Of a stretch of DNA of 64,000 bases, positions 48,701 through 57,972 are shown piece by piece; the stretch's first letter is position 1; every line of letters begins with the position of its first letter. The notes beneath the pieces are model-generated. The model had not been told where the DNA came from, ran no database searches, and saw only the letters and a list, made by a program, of their open reading frames with translations. Origin of the DNA: an uncultured Phycisphaerales bacterium (GTDB lineage Bacteria; Planctomycetota; Phycisphaerae; SM23-33); the NCBI GenBank assembly GCA_965369385.1, contig CBDUQP010000002.1, forward strand, positions 783 through 64,782. Direction: 5' to 3'. The position numbers were made by a program, and so were the translations under genes.

Positions 48701-49762
48701 TTACGCTTTGCGCGATGCCGCAAAATCACGCGGTGAGCACCCGCAGTTCTTCTTGAATACGCGGGAGAAGTAGTTGGCATTCTCGTAGCCGACAGCCCGG
48801 GCGACCTCGGCAACGTTCATCTCTCCGGTCCGCAGCAGCGAACGCGCCTTATCCATGCGAAGCGCGGTCAAGTAGCCGAACAGCGAAAAATCGCTCTCTT
48901 CGCTGAACACGTGCGACAGATAGTAGGAACTGACATTGATCTCGGCGGCTATCTCATCCAGCGAAACGCACTGGCTATAGTGATCCTGAAGATAGGCCTT
49001 GGCCTGTTCGATTATCTGCTGGCGACGGAGGCTTCGCCTGTCGGCTGCGGCGTCTTGGGGCGAGTCTTCATCGACCAGTCCGAAAATGCCGTAGCGAAAT
49101 ACGGTGAGCATAATCGTGGTCATTCGCGAACGAGCAAGCATGCGGTGCACTTCCGTGCCTCCGGCGATATCGCCCGTCAGCCCGGCGAACATTTGCCCAA
49201 GCTGCGCCGAGACCTCTTCAGGCATATTCAGCAACAACTCATTATCCACGGTATGCATCGCTTCTTTGGCCTGGGGCCAATCGGAACTGCAATAGAACAC
49301 CTCCAGGCCGGAATCGGGATCGAACTGGTCGCGATGCAGCGTACCGGGGGGAACCAGCAACGTCTGGCCGGCGCGGGCGGTCCATGAACTGCCTTCGGTA
49401 ACAAGCTCAACCTCCCCGCTGATCACGTGCAAAAGTTCGCAATCGCGGGTCATGTGCATGCGGTCGGCCCATACGGGGTCGAACATCATCAAACCCATCG
49501 TATGGATATCCAGACGACTGTTGGACAGGGCTTTTTCGAGATCGGCAGCTTTCATACGGATATTGTACCAACATTGCGCAAAGATGAGCCAATACCGATC
49601 CACCGATGGGCAAAAATGCATAAGAAAAACGCAAAACACGTCGCGGTGGCACGCATGTGCGGCTGTGGGTCTTTGATCGCGAAAGAGGACACGGCCGACT
49701 GCTACCGCAGCCGGACATGTCCCCGCCACATACGGCATTACTTCGCAGTCAGCAAATACCAC
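48701..49762 (-). CDS. AraC-family transcriptional regulator (cupin N-terminal domain)
   Basis: C-terminal AraC HTH (..VSLDEIAAEINVSSYYLSHVFSEESDFSLFGYLTALRMDKARSLLRTGEMNVAEVARAVGYENANYFSRVFKKNCGCSPRDF). The true start is probably MKAADLEKALS (~49559). The track's upstream extension overlaps repeat copy D and the GH5 gene. Confidence 0.75.
   Translation of the reverse strand: MVFADCEVMPYVAGTCPAAVAVGRVLFRDQRPTAAHACHRDVFCVFLMHFCPSVDRYWLIFAQCWYNIRMKAADLEKALSNSRLDIHTMGLMMFDPVWADRMHMTRDCELLHVISGEVELVTEGSSWTARAGQTLLVPPGTLHRDQFDPDSGLEVFYCSSDWPQAKEAMHTVDNELLLNMPEEVSAQLGQMFAGLTGDIAGGTEVHRMLARSRMTTIMLTVFRYGIFGLVDEDSPQDAAADRRSLRRQQIIEQAKAYLQDHYSQCVSLDEIAAEINVSSYYLSHVFSEESDFSLFGYLTALRMDKARSLLRTGEMNVAEVARAVGYENANYFSRVFKKNCGCSPRDFAASRKA
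49641..49734. repeat. Partial copy D of the REP/BIME-like family (terminal modules only, palindromic core replaced)
   Basis: TCGCGGTGGCACGCATGTGCG-GCTGTGG-GTCTTTGATC-[38-bp insert]-GTCCCCGCCACATACGGCATT matches the left and right terminal modules of copy B (41201-41221 and 41360-41393). Lies immediately 3' of the GH5 stop. Confidence 0.6.
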
Positions 49763-52050
49763 ATCGTCTTGTACTTCGGATCGAGCTGAATGGTATAGGT
49801 ACCGTCCTTGGCCATCTTCAGCGGTACTTCGGCGACAGCTTCACCAGCGGCGTTGAGCGCCTGGCATTTCCAGTCTTTGGTGACACCAAACAGCCACCTC
49901 TTCTGCTTCAGGAAGTCCAGCCCGGCAATTTCGCCCTTGATCGGCTCGATCAGGATCGGTGCCTTGCCCCACTTGTTGGAGACCGAATCACGCCACTCGT
50001 TGAACACCATACCGGTATTCTCGCAGCGGAAGATCGCTGTGACGAGGATCTTCTTCGAATCCGTGAACTCCTTGCCGTCCATCGTGTTCATCGTCACGAC
50101 CGCATACTTGGGGCTTTCGAGCTTGAAGTTCTCGCTACCATCCATCCTGGCAGCCCGGCCCATCCAGACCATTGCACTGGGGCCCTTGACAATGTACCGG
50201 CCCTGACCTTCATCCAGGTCCCAGATCATCTTGGACCTGGCAGCCGCTGCGTCACCGGCGACAGGCTTGTTGACGCCATCGAGGTTGATTTCCATCCGAA
50301 CGTTCAGGAAATCCTTCCACGTTACGCCCTGGCGGTCTTCGAGAATCTTGTACAGGTCATAGTTGCGTTTGATCTGGCCTTCAGCGAGATCGACAAGCGG
50401 CTGCGTTGTGCCGCAGTAGCTCATCTCCTTCACCTGGGTGGCCGGCGTTATACCCGAATCCTTGAATATAACGGAACCAGCCTGTGTGAAGCCCCATTGG
50501 GAGGGGTTGCTGTCCATGTCGAACCAGTTGATCGTGGTATGCTTCCCCGAGCGATTTTGGGCCAGGAAGAACCACATGCCGTCCCAATCCTGAATCGCAC
50601 CAAACGAAGCCATCACGGGCACGCACTCGCCCTGATAGTCATTCGGGGCACAGTGATTGTACTCGCTCACGGTGAAGGGCTTGCCCTTGAGCTGCTGGGC
50701 GGCCTGGAAGAACATGATGCCGGAGATCGGGTCCAGGTCGGTTACGGTCTCGTTGGGGCTGTCGGCCATCGCGAGCGAAGGCAGGGTCCACTTCGCGCGG
50801 TTCCAGCGAGTGACGCCCTTGTCCCAACGCGGGTGGCCCCAGTAGGCGTGGCAGTCGATCCAGTCCATATCGCGCTGGGCATACAGGCCGAGCGGACCAA
50901 ACACGATCGAACCGGAGATCAGGCCCTTGTAGCCTGCGGTCTCTTTGCAGTGCTTGTAGATACCGTTCCAGTAGCTCTCTTCCACTTCAAGCAGGCACAG
51001 CAGCAGGTCCACCGAACGCACCTTGGGATACTTGGTAATGTCCGGGCCAATGACCGCTTGAACGGTGCCCTTTTCGATAGACTCGGCCTCGCCGAGGTGA
51101 GCGGCCCACTTTTCGCGAAGCTTTGCGGTGGTTCCGTATTTCTTCTTCAGGTAGGCGTTGAAATACTTTTTCACGAGGCCCTTGTAGTGGGCCGGCAGCT
51201 TGGGAATGCAGGTATTCCAGTCCCAGATGAACAGGCTGTTCTCGTTATTGATCTCGACGAACGCAATGGCGGGGTCATCGGCGTAGCTCAGTTTGCGATA
51301 TGGATTGACATGCTTCAGCAAATTGGAGGCGAACTTCTTCTGGCGTTCGATGATTTTGGGCTCGAGGATATCGCATACCTTGCTGCCGAACCACGGGCCG
51401 GAGCCCGGCACCTTGACCTCTTTGGTGTAGTCGCGGCTGACGTGCAGATTCAGATTCGTGTAGATACCGCGCTCGGCCAGCACGTGCAGGAGATAGTCGA
51501 ACTGGTCCTGCTGGGCCTTCTGGGCCTTGTTCAGCTTTCTGCCGTCCCACATCCACTCGCGAAACTCCAGGCCGTGAAAGCGGATGGAGTTTATGCCGGC
51601 ATCGGCGAGGCGATCTGCGAGCTTATCAGCGTCCTTGTGGGTAACGTTGATGGTACCGCCGATGTTATATCCAAAAATCTTGACGCGTTTGCCACCAACG
51701 ACGAACTTGCCGTCAGTAACGACAATCCGCGGCGAATCGGGCTTGATGGGCTCGTAATTGAGTTTGATCAGCGACTTGGGATTCGAAACTTCGGGAATAT
51801 GGAAAGGTACCATGCCCTTCTGGTCAGACGGAGTCCAGATGGTGTTCGCTGGCGAGGGAGGCTTGGGGGCAACCTTCTTCGGCGCAGGCTTCGGCGCTGA
51901 TTTCTTGGGTGCTGGCTTCGCAGCCGGCTTCTTGGCGACGGGTTTCTTCACCGCAGGTTTCGTAGCTGGTTTCGTAGCTGGGGCTGCTGCGAGCAACTGG
52001 CTGGCGACGAACATGATAGCTATCAACGGAAGGAGTCTCTTAAGGAACAT
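49738..52050 (-). CDS. Glycoside hydrolase family 5-like secreted enzyme with N-terminal K/P/A-rich repeat linker
   Basis: Signal peptide MFLKRLLPLIAIMFVASQLLAAA, then a (PA(T/K)KP)n low-complexity linker, then a catalytic domain with acid/base motif FVEINNENS and a (beta/alpha)8 glycosidase-like layout. Confidence 0.55.
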   Translation of the reverse strand: MFLKRLLPLIAIMFVASQLLAAAPATKPATKPAVKKPVAKKPAAKPAPKKSAPKPAPKKVAPKPPSPANTIWTPSDQKGMVPFHIPEVSNPKSLIKLNYEPIKPDSPRIVVTDGKFVVGGKRVKIFGYNIGGTINVTHKDADKLADRLADAGINSIRFHGLEFREWMWDGRKLNKAQKAQQDQFDYLLHVLAERGIYTNLNLHVSRDYTKEVKVPGSGPWFGSKVCDILEPKIIERQKKFASNLLKHVNPYRKLSYADDPAIAFVEINNENSLFIWDWNTCIPKLPAHYKGLVKKYFNAYLKKKYGTTAKLREKWAAHLGEAESIEKGTVQAVIGPDITKYPKVRSVDLLLCLLEVEESYWNGIYKHCKETAGYKGLISGSIVFGPLGLYAQRDMDWIDCHAYWGHPRWDKGVTRWNRAKWTLPSLAMADSPNETVTDLDPISGIMFFQAAQQLKGKPFTVSEYNHCAPNDYQGECVPVMASFGAIQDWDGMWFFLAQNRSGKHTTINWFDMDSNPSQWGFTQAGSVIFKDSGITPATQVKEMSYCGTTQPLVDLAEGQIKRNYDLYKILEDRQGVTWKDFLNVRMEINLDGVNKPVAGDAAAARSKMIWDLDEGQGRYIVKGPSAMVWMGRAARMDGSENFKLESPKYAVVTMNTMDGKEFTDSKKILVTAIFRCENTGMVFNEWRDSVSNKWGKAPILIEPIKGEIAGLDFLKQKRWLFGVTKDWKCQALNAAGEAVAEVPLKMAKDGTYTIQLDPKYKTMWYLLTAK

Positions 52051-52147
52051 TATGCTGCCTTTCTTCTGTGTGTTTAGAAACCCTGCACTCTTTCGAGGCG
52101 TCAGTGTATGTGTGGCGGCCGGGACGGCGCAGCCGGTGTAATCGAAT

Positions 52148-54031
52148 CTACAATCTCACGATCAGTTTGAAGCGGTTAGCGATCATCGTAGCAACGGTAC
52201 AAACTGCACAGTATGGAATGGCCCACACCCAAACTGCAGTCCAGCCAATAGTCCACCATGCGCCGGGATGAGCACTGAGATACCCGGGAATATACTTTGC
52301 GGGTAATTCTGCCCGGCCTGCCCCAACCACGATATAGCCTGGCGTGGATCTGATCGTCGGGAAGTCGACGTCCCAATTCATCTTCATCCACTCCACGACT
52401 TCGGCCGAGTTCAGGTACATCGACATCCCTGCAACCAAACCGTACATGAACATGTATGCGAACAAGGGGTTTTTGCCCAGAGCGCTGAACGGGCTGACGA
52501 GAATCTCCGCCCACTTTCGCCCCTGCAACGGCCGGCATATTTCCCAAATCAGCCAGAAGCCAAGTATAGATGCACCAATCAGGATCAGTGTCCTGCGAAT
52601 GGACGCCGGCCTGAATGTGGACAAGTCGCTGCCGGCGAGCATCGCTACCACCAGCATACCCACGCCCATCACAAGCATCGAGAGCCGGGTTCGCCAGACC
52701 CAACGGGAATCATCGGGATCCCGGTCCATGAACATCTCGCCCAGGATCACACCCGCCAGAACCATGCTTCCGTAATAGCCCACGCGTGAACCCAGATCAA
52801 AATACGTGACGAACCACGGGAACCACTGCGTCAAGAAGGCATTCTCATATTGCAGATGAACCATGAATCCCAACAGAAAGACCATCGCAATCCACTTGGC
52901 CGGTTTCCAACGACGAATCGCCAGCCACAGCAGCGCGATAACCATGTATGCGAATCCGAGGTAACCCAGAATCGAAGCGGGGAAAACACCGGGAACGTTC
53001 CATGCAGTGCGCGGATATGACGCAAAAATGGGAGCTTTGATACCCGGAACATACCCACCATCAAGGAAACCGCCAGGCCCCGCGGGCAATATCTTGGTCG
53101 TGGTATTGCCATCCTTATCAGCTAGCTGTACTTCGCTGCCCGGTCTGGCTACCGGACCAACGATGAGCGCGAGCACGAAGATAACCAGCAGAACACCGGC
53201 TACCGCGCGAACCGCCCAGCCGGTAGCAACCAGCCCGCGTTTCGCACTGCGAATCAGCATGTCAGCAGGGAACGCAAACAACACTCCCATGAGAACGCAA
53301 ACATACATCAGGTACTCGCGCAACCAACCAATTACACCAGTGGGAACGCTGCTGCCCCAGTTGGCACTGTTGGTGTGGTTTGGTCCCTGCAATACAATGC
53401 AAGTCATGCCAGCCAGGAACGCTATCGACAGACAACGAACGAGGCATCCAAATACCTTGATCGCTATATGCTTGCTGCGAATGAATACGTGACTCGAGAA
53501 CAAACCGATCGTGAACACCCCACCCCAGAAATACCAGCAGCCTATCGAGAAACCCACGCCAGAACCGGGCCTCGCGTAGCCCATCTTGGTACCAACCCAA
53601 TGCGTCAGAACACTACTGCCTTCCACCACATCGTACCACCACTGGATGAGCGACGCCCCCGCCTCTGTGCGGCCGTAGTATGCCTGAAGAGCAGTGCCTA
53701 TCCATATAAGCATCGCCGCCCTGAACACAATGTGCCACACAAGCCGGTACCACTTGTCGCCCTTATTGAGCCTCGCCGTAAGCGCCAGCGGGATCGCTGC
53801 TCCCATAATCACCATGAACATCGGCGATACGAAATCCGCCCAGGCGAGGTGATTGTTATGCGCAGAGATGTTGAACGAATGCTCCATCCACCATGGCAGG
53901 CCCGTGATCTTCATGCAGGTCTCGGCCATCATCATGCCCAGAATCGTCAGCCCCCTGTACACGTCCATAGCCAAAATGCGATTGCTTTTGCTGCCGGGAA
54001 TGAGTGGTGATTGCGGCTGAGCCATTAACAA
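52148..54031 (-). CDS. Polytopic membrane acyltransferase, heparan-alpha-glucosaminide N-acetyltransferase-like (DUF5009/DUF1624)
   Basis: N-terminus NRILAMDVYRGLTILGMMM (RxxSxDxxRG-like motif) followed by more than 10 predicted TM helices. 627 aa. Confidence 0.5.
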   Translation of the reverse strand: MLMAQPQSPLIPGSKSNRILAMDVYRGLTILGMMMAETCMKITGLPWWMEHSFNISAHNNHLAWADFVSPMFMVIMGAAIPLALTARLNKGDKWYRLVWHIVFRAAMLIWIGTALQAYYGRTEAGASLIQWWYDVVEGSSVLTHWVGTKMGYARPGSGVGFSIGCWYFWGGVFTIGLFSSHVFIRSKHIAIKVFGCLVRCLSIAFLAGMTCIVLQGPNHTNSANWGSSVPTGVIGWLREYLMYVCVLMGVLFAFPADMLIRSAKRGLVATGWAVRAVAGVLLVIFVLALIVGPVARPGSEVQLADKDGNTTTKILPAGPGGFLDGGYVPGIKAPIFASYPRTAWNVPGVFPASILGYLGFAYMVIALLWLAIRRWKPAKWIAMVFLLGFMVHLQYENAFLTQWFPWFVTYFDLGSRVGYYGSMVLAGVILGEMFMDRDPDDSRWVWRTRLSMLVMGVGMLVVAMLAGSDLSTFRPASIRRTLILIGASILGFWLIWEICRPLQGRKWAEILVSPFSALGKNPLFAYMFMYGLVAGMSMYLNSAEVVEWMKMNWDVDFPTIRSTPGYIVVGAGRAELPAKYIPGYLSAHPGAWWTIGWTAVWVWAIPYCAVCTVATMIANRFKLIVRL

Positions 54032-54207
54032 CTCCTGCTATCGTGATGAACGCTCGCCCCCGCCCCTTCATGCAGTAGCGATTTCGCCCTGCCGAGGCCC
54101 TCCGGCTGTGGTCTATAAGCATAGTCAAACCATGGTTGATTTCAAGGATTTTGCCCCCAAGTGAGTGGCGGTTACCGCACCATTAGCGATTTTTTGATTG
54201 CCCGGGC

Positions 54208-54248
54208 TTGACTCGGCCCGCCCTTAGTGCTATAGTGATATATAGCAC
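54208..54248 (+). promoter_or_regulatory. Sigma70-type promoter TTGACT-17-TATAGT overlapped by palindromic operator GTGCTATAGTGATATATAGCAC
   Basis: -35 at 54208-54213, -10 at 54231-54236. The inverted repeat GTGCTATA-N6-TATAGCAC at 54227-54248 is 20 bp upstream of the gntR ATG (SD AGGAAG). Confidence 0.55.
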
Positions 54249-54268
54249 CATAGCACAGGAAGTGAAAA

Positions 54269-54658
54269 ATGCTACTATCAGTCAACGCAAACGATCCGAT
54301 TCCGATATATCGGCAACTGGTAAGTCAGATCAGGCATGCAGTTGCATCGGGTCGGCTTGCGCCTGGAGACAAGCTTCCCTCCCAGCGAGAACTTGCCGGG
54401 GAACTGGTAATCAACCATCTGACCGTGAAGAAGGCCTACGAAACGCTCGAAGCCGAGGGACTGATATGCACAGCCCGCGGCAGGGGCACATTCGTAGCCG
54501 ACAGCTCGCCCGGAGACCTGAAGGACAAGGGAGTAGACCAGCTCAGGGACCGGGCGAGCAAACTGGCTCTGGACGCCCGGCAGTTAGGGATGTCAGACGC
54601 AGAGTACACCAAAATGCTGAACGACGCATGGCAGGACGCAAAGGAGAAATCAAAATGA
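54269..54658 (+). CDS. GntR-family transcriptional regulator, YtrA-like subfamily
   Basis: 129 aa: wHTH (IYRQLVSQIRHAVASGRLAPGDKLPSQRELAGELVINHLTVKKAYETLEAEGLICTARGRGTFV) plus a short C-terminal helix pair. Followed by ABC transporter genes. Confidence 0.8.
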   Translation: MLLSVNANDPIPIYRQLVSQIRHAVASGRLAPGDKLPSQRELAGELVINHLTVKKAYETLEAEGLICTARGRGTFVADSSPGDLKDKGVDQLRDRASKLALDARQLGMSDAEYTKMLNDAWQDAKEKSK

Positions 54659-55563
54659 GCATAGTTGAATTCAGAGAAGTTACGCGCGATTACCCCAAGG
54701 GAGTCCATGCACTGCGAGGCGTGGACCTGGATATTCCCGAAGGCAAGGTGGTGAGCCTTCTGGGACGCAACGGTGCGGGCAAGACCACCCTTCTGCGGAT
54801 GATCCCCGCCCTGCTGCACCCCACCAGCGGCACGGTAAGAGTTTTCGGGCTCGAGCCCTGGGCATCGCAGCAGGAAGTCAAACGCGACATCGGATATGTG
54901 TCTGAGAATCAGGACCTTCCAGCGAACATCAGGATTCGCGACGTGACCGACATGCACGCGAGCGTCTATCCCACGTGGGACGCGCAGATGGCCGCAAAAC
55001 TGCTGAAGCAGTTCGGTCTCGACGAGATGCGAAAGATCGGGAAGGTGTCCAAGGGCCAAGCCAGGCAGGTTGCGCTCACATGTGCGGTGAGCCATCGTCC
55101 CAAGCTGCTGGTGCTGGATGAACCGGCCGGCGGCCTGGACCCGGTAGTACGCCGCGAGTTCCTGGAAGTGGTAATCGACCTGCTGGCGGACCACGGCTCG
55201 ACAATCTTGTTCTCATCGCACATCCTCAGCGATGTAGACCGCATAGCGAACCACGCGACGATACTGCACGAGGGAACAGTGCTGCTGGACGAGAACATGG
55301 ACACGCTGAAGGAGAACATTTGCCGGGTGGAACTGGCCGGGCTAGGCGCAAATGCGGCCGAGAAGCTACAAGCCTCCGACAAGTGCCTGCGCGCCAAGCA
55401 GACCGGGTCGACAGCGACCGCGACCCTGCTATGTGCAGCCGGCGATGTTATGAAAACACTGAAGACCGCACTCCCCAGTGCCACAGATATTCACGTCACA
55501 AACACAATACACCTCGGCCTGGAAGACATCTTCATAGAACTGACGGGGGAAGTGCAATGCTGA
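54655..55563 (+). CDS. ABC transporter ATP-binding protein
   Basis: Walker A GRNGAGKTT, signature and Walker B LLVLDEPAGGLD. Start ATG 54655 overlaps the gntR stop. The ORF track's 54208 start is an out-of-context upstream extension. Confidence 0.85.
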   Translation: MSIVEFREVTRDYPKGVHALRGVDLDIPEGKVVSLLGRNGAGKTTLLRMIPALLHPTSGTVRVFGLEPWASQQEVKRDIGYVSENQDLPANIRIRDVTDMHASVYPTWDAQMAAKLLKQFGLDEMRKIGKVSKGQARQVALTCAVSHRPKLLVLDEPAGGLDPVVRREFLEVVIDLLADHGSTILFSSHILSDVDRIANHATILHEGTVLLDENMDTLKENICRVELAGLGANAAEKLQASDKCLRAKQTGSTATATLLCAAGDVMKTLKTALPSATDIHVTNTIHLGLEDIFIELTGEVQC

Positions 55564-57245
55564 TGCTCATGAGACATTCGCTACGGCGAATCAATAATGG
55601 ACTGATAGTTATGCCGCTAATGTTCATGTTGATCTCCACATGGACCACATCATACTTTGCCCTCGGACCAGGACATGGCGGCATGGACGGTGCGCTCGGC
55701 AGTATACTTGTCATGATAGTTGTTTTCATGGGATTGTCCGTTCCAACCGAGACGACTCTTTCCATGCCAATCAGCCGTAGAAAACTCCACATGTCGCGCC
55801 TGCTCTGTGTGTGGCTCGCCGTGATTGCCATGCTCTCCAGTGCAGCCGTTGGGGCATTATTGGGGGCGCCACGTGAGTACATCGCAGGAATCATGGAGAC
55901 GCTGGCGACACTGCTGTGTCGCTACATCGCTATCACTTCGGCACTCGTGATGCTCTCATATCGGCTTGCGCATGCAGGTTACAAGGGCCTCGCAATCATC
56001 TTCGTACTGACAATGGCGTTATCGATCGGCGCAGCAATTGTAGACAGGGAACAGATGCTTCCCCGCGGCTGGGTGGCTGGCTTTGCGCTGCTGGTTGCTG
56101 GAGTCTTCACATTGCTAGGCCTGCGCAGCATCGAGAAGTACGAGGTAGTCCCTCACGGAACCAAAACCGCAGAAGAACCGACAGCCACACACACAAGATC
56201 TGTTCACACACTCGGTTACATCGATTCATTCAGGCCGGTCTTCCGCATCGCATTGCGACATGTGTGGCTGAACCCCTTATACATCCTGCTCCCGGTACTC
56301 TTCTCCTTCCAGGGGATAGTCTCGCTTCACACTATCTTGGTATCGCATGGACCGCTCAACCTGTTCAGCCTTCAATACGCCCTGACTTTTCCAATAATGG
56401 TTGGCATCTTCTCTCGTATGGCCTGGGGGACGGCCCCCAAGCTTCTGGCGACTGGCATGAGCAAACGCACAGTCTTCAGGGTGATTGCACTGCCATGGCT
56501 GACAATCTTTGCCCTGCTTATACTCGTGATCTCCGGCGTGAGCATAACGTCTCGCTACGTCCATGGTGATGTTCACGAAAACACGGCAGCCCCTGTCAAC
56601 ATTAGGCCTGACTTCTTTTCGACAGTTCCCCCAACACTATGCCCGCCGCCCACGCCTGTGCCGTATGTCACGCTCAACGGGAGGCAAGACAAGGTCACTC
56701 CGCCCAATGCAAATGCATGCGATCTGCCGCAGGTAATGAACAGTGATGACATCGAACACGACCTCGTGCTCCCGCCCCCCGTCTATGTGCCATCGAAATA
56801 CATGGGCGCATTCAATGAACTCCCCAGGAGTCTGCTGAGTACCTCTCCTCACGCTGTCACAATACTCTGCCTGCCGTGGTTTGCAGCCATTCTGCTTGCG
56901 ATATGGATCGGCATTCCGATTCCGGGATGGTGGAGAAAGATTGCAGCGTATGGCTTCTTCGGCGGAATAATACTGAGCAGCGTGGGAGGCTTGGCAATCG
57001 TGTCTTATGCACCTCACAACACTCCGTTCATCAATGCAACCAACTTGCCACTGAAACCGCTGATATTGCATTGCAGAGCATTCTTCTGGCCGCTGCTGGC
57101 TGTGGGATTGGGATTATGCATAGGCCTGTGGCGGCTAGCGGAAAGAGCGTTCGATTATGCCGAACTGGATGGACTCGTTCATGCCCAACGCAAGGCACGC
57201 GCCTCCAGCCCATTTGCACGGTGGCGATCCTCGTCGACCACCTGA
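55557..57245 (+). CDS. ABC-2-type transporter permease / polytopic membrane protein
   Basis: Start ATG overlaps the ATPase stop (ATGCTGA). About 560 aa with at least 10 hydrophobic segments. Completes the YtrA-like GntR/ABC module. Confidence 0.55.
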   Translation: MLMLMRHSLRRINNGLIVMPLMFMLISTWTTSYFALGPGHGGMDGALGSILVMIVVFMGLSVPTETTLSMPISRRKLHMSRLLCVWLAVIAMLSSAAVGALLGAPREYIAGIMETLATLLCRYIAITSALVMLSYRLAHAGYKGLAIIFVLTMALSIGAAIVDREQMLPRGWVAGFALLVAGVFTLLGLRSIEKYEVVPHGTKTAEEPTATHTRSVHTLGYIDSFRPVFRIALRHVWLNPLYILLPVLFSFQGIVSLHTILVSHGPLNLFSLQYALTFPIMVGIFSRMAWGTAPKLLATGMSKRTVFRVIALPWLTIFALLILVISGVSITSRYVHGDVHENTAAPVNIRPDFFSTVPPTLCPPPTPVPYVTLNGRQDKVTPPNANACDLPQVMNSDDIEHDLVLPPPVYVPSKYMGAFNELPRSLLSTSPHAVTILCLPWFAAILLAIWIGIPIPGWWRKIAAYGFFGGIILSSVGGLAIVSYAPHNTPFINATNLPLKPLILHCRAFFWPLLAVGLGLCIGLWRLAERAFDYAELDGLVHAQRKARASSPFARWRSSSTT

Positions 57246-57346
57246 CGGCCGTGAGCCGGAGCATTCCAGATAGCTGATATTGGGAATGCTCCGGCAACTG
57301 CACTGGCCAAACTGGATCCGCCTCAGCGAACATCTGGACCGCGACT

Positions 57347-57729
57347 TCACTTACCGGTTGGCTTGAGCTTGATTTGCTGGATGTACGCAAAGCCGGGCTT
57401 CTGGTTGAGCTTCGGGCGGGTGGCTCTGAACTTTGCATGCGTTGTGCCTGTTGGGCTGCTGTAGTGGGCTGTGTACTGGCCGGCTGCGGGCAGATGAAAC
57501 CATGCCCTGCCCTGTTTGTCCGGCATGCATGCAAGCGGGGCAGGTAGGTTCGCGCCGGTGATCCAGACGGGAACGCCCTCGCCGATAGCCTTGCCGCCAG
57601 CGGCAGAGGAGCCCACCAAAACCCACAGCATATGCCATTGATCGCCCGCAGAACACAGAGCACCCAGATGGTCGGCGAAAACGGCATCATGGCAGTCACA
57701 ATCGTGCCGGCCACGCTTGCCAGCATCAT
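57347..57729 (-). pseudogene. Possible MFS-transporter remnant (two overlapping frames, no complete gene)
   Basis: Fragments MMLASVAGTIVTAMMPFSPTIWVLCVLRAINGICCGFWWAP (RxxxGxxxG-like) and ..GANLPAPLACMPDKQGRAWFHL.. (motif-A-like GxLaDrxGrr) lie in different frames and overlap at 57590-57631. Confidence 0.25.
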
Positions 57730-57972
57730 CCGCTTTGCGCCAAGGCGATCAGCATGGTGTACGCCAAATCTTTCTGGCGGCCGTTAAGGTGGTTGATCAT
57801 TTGTTGTTGCGTCGGCATTGAAAGTAGAACAGGTGATCAGGAGACCGCAGGTGAGCGAGCCTATTCAAGATCTGTCCAGCAGGCGGTCGTTTGGCTCTGT
57901 TGTTTCACCTGTTCACCTCCGGCGTCGAAGATCCCGACCTGCCTGCCGGCAGGCAGGTGCACATCGGGACTC

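Noticed and set aside
38755-49734. CRISPR array or integron attC array as an explanation for the repeated elements
   Set aside because: Against CRISPR: copies are 1.2-7 kb apart rather than regularly spaced by 25-40-bp spacers; each copy is an internally inverted structure; no cas genes. Against attC: no RYYYAAC/GTTRRRY core sites, no intI, and intervening genes are ordinary metabolic/regulatory genes in mixed orientation.
49657-51900. 747-aa plus-strand ORF
   Set aside because: Antisense to the GH5-like gene. Arg/Gly/Leu/Val-rich translation typical of the opposite strand of a high-GC gene. No domain signatures.
54208-54654. Upstream extension of the ABC ATPase ORF (track start 54208) and of the permease ORF (track start 55320)
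   Set aside because: The extensions overlap the well-supported gntR and ATPase genes in other frames. Internal ATGs at 54655 and 55557 have the typical stop/start overlaps of coupled genes.
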